A program made the position numbers and the translations under genes. Positions 61,227 through 64,000 of a stretch of DNA of 64,000 nt are shown in pieces. Origin of the DNA: Squalus acanthias (lineage: Eukaryota); NCBI GenBank assembly GCA_030390025.1, contig JASTWF010000048.1, positions 1,550,001-1,614,000 of the forward strand, given 5' to 3'. Each line of letters begins with the position of its first letter. The stretch's first letter is position 1. The notes under the pieces are model-generated. The model saw only the letters and a list, made by a program, of their open reading frames with translations. It ran no database searches and had not been told where the DNA came from.

Positions 61227-62904
61227 GATTTATTCATTCGACAATGGATCACTGTGCGAACTAGAGCAGCTGAACACAAAGTTTAAAAGCAGTTTGTCGA
61301 TTGTATCTGATTAAATATGAAGCATCCGGTTGTAATTGTCACTCTTACGTCACTTCCGTTGCAAGCCACGCCCCATCCCACTCCTTCGCTAGTTTCGTAA
61401 CTTCACAGAACCGTACAGCACAGAACGTTAAGGAAAGGACAAATAGACGTGTTAAATATTACGAATGGTTTCGATAGAGTTGAAAGGGAGAATCTAAATC
61501 CACTGGCAGGAGGGTCGTTAACCAGAGGGCAGAAGCTTAAGATGATAGGCAAAAGGACCAGCGGGGAGATGAGGAGACGTAAATTTTATTGCAGAGAGTA
61601 GTCATGATCTGGAATGCATTTCCTGAGATGGCGATGGAAGCAGATTCAATAATAACTTATTCAAGGGAATTGGATATAAACTTGATAAGAGAGAAACAGG
61701 GCTATGCAGAAGCAGCAGGGGAGAGGGACTAAATTGAAAATCGTGCCCAAAACTAAAGGCCTTATAAGATATACACTCATTAATCCAGGAGGGAATTCAG
61801 GAGTAACCTCTTCACCCAAAGTGTGGTGAGAATCTGAAACTTGCTACCACATGGGGTGTTTGGGTCAAATAGCATAGTTGCATTTAAGGGGATGCTAGAT
61901 AAGTACATGAGAGTGAAAGGAAGAGAAGGATATGCTAATGCGTGTACTTGAAGAGGGGTAGGACGAAGCCGGTGGGGGTCAAATTGGATAGGTCTTTCAA
62001 AGAGCCGCATCAGACCAGACGGGCCGAATGGCCTCCTTCAGTGCTGCAGGATTCTATGATTCTTGGAAAAACGGAACGTTGCTGGGAAAAATGCTCTCCT
62101 GTTTCAGGCAGTGCAGGTTTGAGTTCCTATGTGCTGAGCGAGAATTCAAGGGTTAAATACTTTGCAGAAATGAATTCGCAGATTCTTTGAAAAACACATC
62201 AAAAGGCGCCTAGAGTATGTTAGAGAAGTGGGTAAACGGTTTTCAACAGATTCTGAAACCGCAGTTAGGATGCAGGTGTCCGGGAGACAAACATATCTGA
62301 AGATGCCTCTCGCCTTCGCACAGTGTGAACCATCTGTTAGAATTGCAAGGTTTCTAACATTAACTATTTCCTAATTGTATGCGGTCTTCTCCTTAGAGCA
62401 GAGAATGTAAGGCGCAGCTTTACCAGAATGGCACCAGGAATGAGCGACTCCAGTTTACTGGAGACGCGGGAGAAGCTGGTGTTGTTCTGTCTGCAGCACG
62501 CAATCTGGTTCTTAAATGAAGATAATGTCTTAAAAGAACGACATTCAGTCCGTTGATACATCAAATTTTAATTAATTAAAATCAATTTGNNNNNNNNNNN
62601 NNNNNNNNNNNNNNNNNNNNNNNNNNNNNNNNNNNNNNNNNNNNNNNNNNNNNNNNNNNNNNNNNNNNNNNNNNNNNNNNNNNNNNNNNNNNNNNNNNNN
62701 NNNNNNNNNNNNNNNNNNNNNNNNNNNNNNNNNNNNNNNNNNNNNNNNNNNNNNNNNNNNNNNNNNNNNNNNNNNNNNNNNNNNNNNNNNNNNNNNNNNN
62801 NNNNNNNNNNNNNNNNNNTCTATCTATCATTAGAACTGGTTAGGCGGTAGTGTCTGAGACGGGCGGGTTTTTGTAGCACGGTTCAGTCTGAATGTGTCTC
62901 TGTG

Positions 62905-64000
62905 CATCACTGCAGGCACAGAAATACCGCGCCGTGTCGTTCGGCCGCACCATCGATATCTTCAGATCGAAGGAGTTATCTGCAGTTTTCTTGGCCCAAA
63001 ATCTCTCCGTGATGCCCTCCGACCTGGTCGGGTCACCTCCATGCACCGCATACAAGAGGTCCTGGAGACCCAGGCCCGGGAGCTGACGGTACCAGTACAT
63101 ATAAGCATCAGTGCCGCGTTGGGTACACGGGATAGTTACAGACTCGCCCTCTCTCACCGACACATACTCCCGGGACTGCACTATCTTCTGAGACCCGCCA
63201 ACTCCTGGAAGGAAAAAAGAAGTGAACAGCCAAGAAAGACAGTTATTTCCCCCGAAATTATACCCACTAACCTGTTTAATTATTAGCTGTTATTTGACTG
63301 ATGTTCCCTATTGCCGCGCACTCTAGCTTTTCATTTCAATCGATGTACTTTCTGTATTTTCACATTAATCTAATTGAGCTGACCAAAGGATTGGATAGGC
63401 TAGATAGGGAGAAATGATTTCCTCTATCTACCCTATGAGCCCCCTGTTCCTATGCTCCTTAACAGACACATTCTACCGGTTCGACCGCACGACATTCTTG
63501 TTTTAGACGATTTGGCAAAACAAAATTAATAGTCAAAAGCCGCAGGCACTTGTAGTTAGACAGGAGCCAATAGGTTTAGTGGGGCTGTCCTTATAATATG
63601 GATTGGCGTGGAAATGTCACTCACTGGTTCAACTATTATAGAAGAATCCCTGTTAACTAAATGTCTATGCCGACCTTATTTAACACAATTGATCTCCTTT
63701 AAGTGTCACTAAACAGATATAGTCTACTTGCTCCAACAATCCTGTTCTCTTCCTTTCCTTTGTTCTTTCTTTCGTTTCAGCTATTTTTTTCGGTCTTTCT
63801 TTTTTCTTTCTATCTTTCTATCCATCTTTTTATCTCATCCATCCATTCATTCTTTATCTTTTTGTTGAAAATTAAAAATAGTTTTGTATGCTCTTTAATA
63901 CATTCTTATTCCGAAAGCTAAAGGCCTCCATGTGACACCGGGCTTTCGCTTTACTTACCCGCCAATAGGAACAGCGGCAACGTGATGGACAGGAAGCAAG
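62905..64000 (-). CDS. TRBV: TCR beta-type V segment V18, paralog of V1 (V exon 63204-62905; leader from 63959, cut by the window edge)
   Basis: Open exon ending DTARYFCACSD. RSS CACAGAG-23-ACAAAAACC at 62904-62866. Partial leader CFLSITLPLFLLAG|GTAAGT. Confidence 0.9.

Noticed and set aside
1-64000. J or C segments, or NAR-TCR-style V-D-J-V cassettes
   Set aside because: By eye I found no FGxG exon with an intact 12-RSS and no C1 exon. A motif scan would be needed to exclude them fully.

Overview
Vertebrate genomic DNA, most likely from a cartilaginous fish (inferred from the repeat content: DeuSINE-type SINEs, CR1, L2 and Penelope-like elements). The window is part of an antigen-receptor variable-gene array, best read as the T-cell receptor beta (TRB) V region. 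It holds 18 V segments, all on the minus strand. Each has a phase-1 leader exon (or its relic), a V exon and a 3' 23-bp-spacer RSS. Twelve look intact (V18's start codon lies just outside the window), five are clear pseudogenes, and one (V11) has a single frameshift. I found no convincing D, J or C segments. The array was built by segmental duplication, and one deletion breakpoint can be read directly. The most notable observations are: (i) a divergent V (55.3 kb) with a 27-nt germline CDR3 tail resembling D-beta; (ii) ~45-bp-period tandem arrays of extended CTCF motifs abutting V RSSs, co-oriented with solitary CTCF motifs; (iii) an expanded short-CDR2 V family with a CxxxxxC pair; (iv) minimal hammerhead ribozymes in Penelope-like insertions. 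V1-V18 are my own left-to-right labels. Coordinates were counted by hand and may be off by a few bases.
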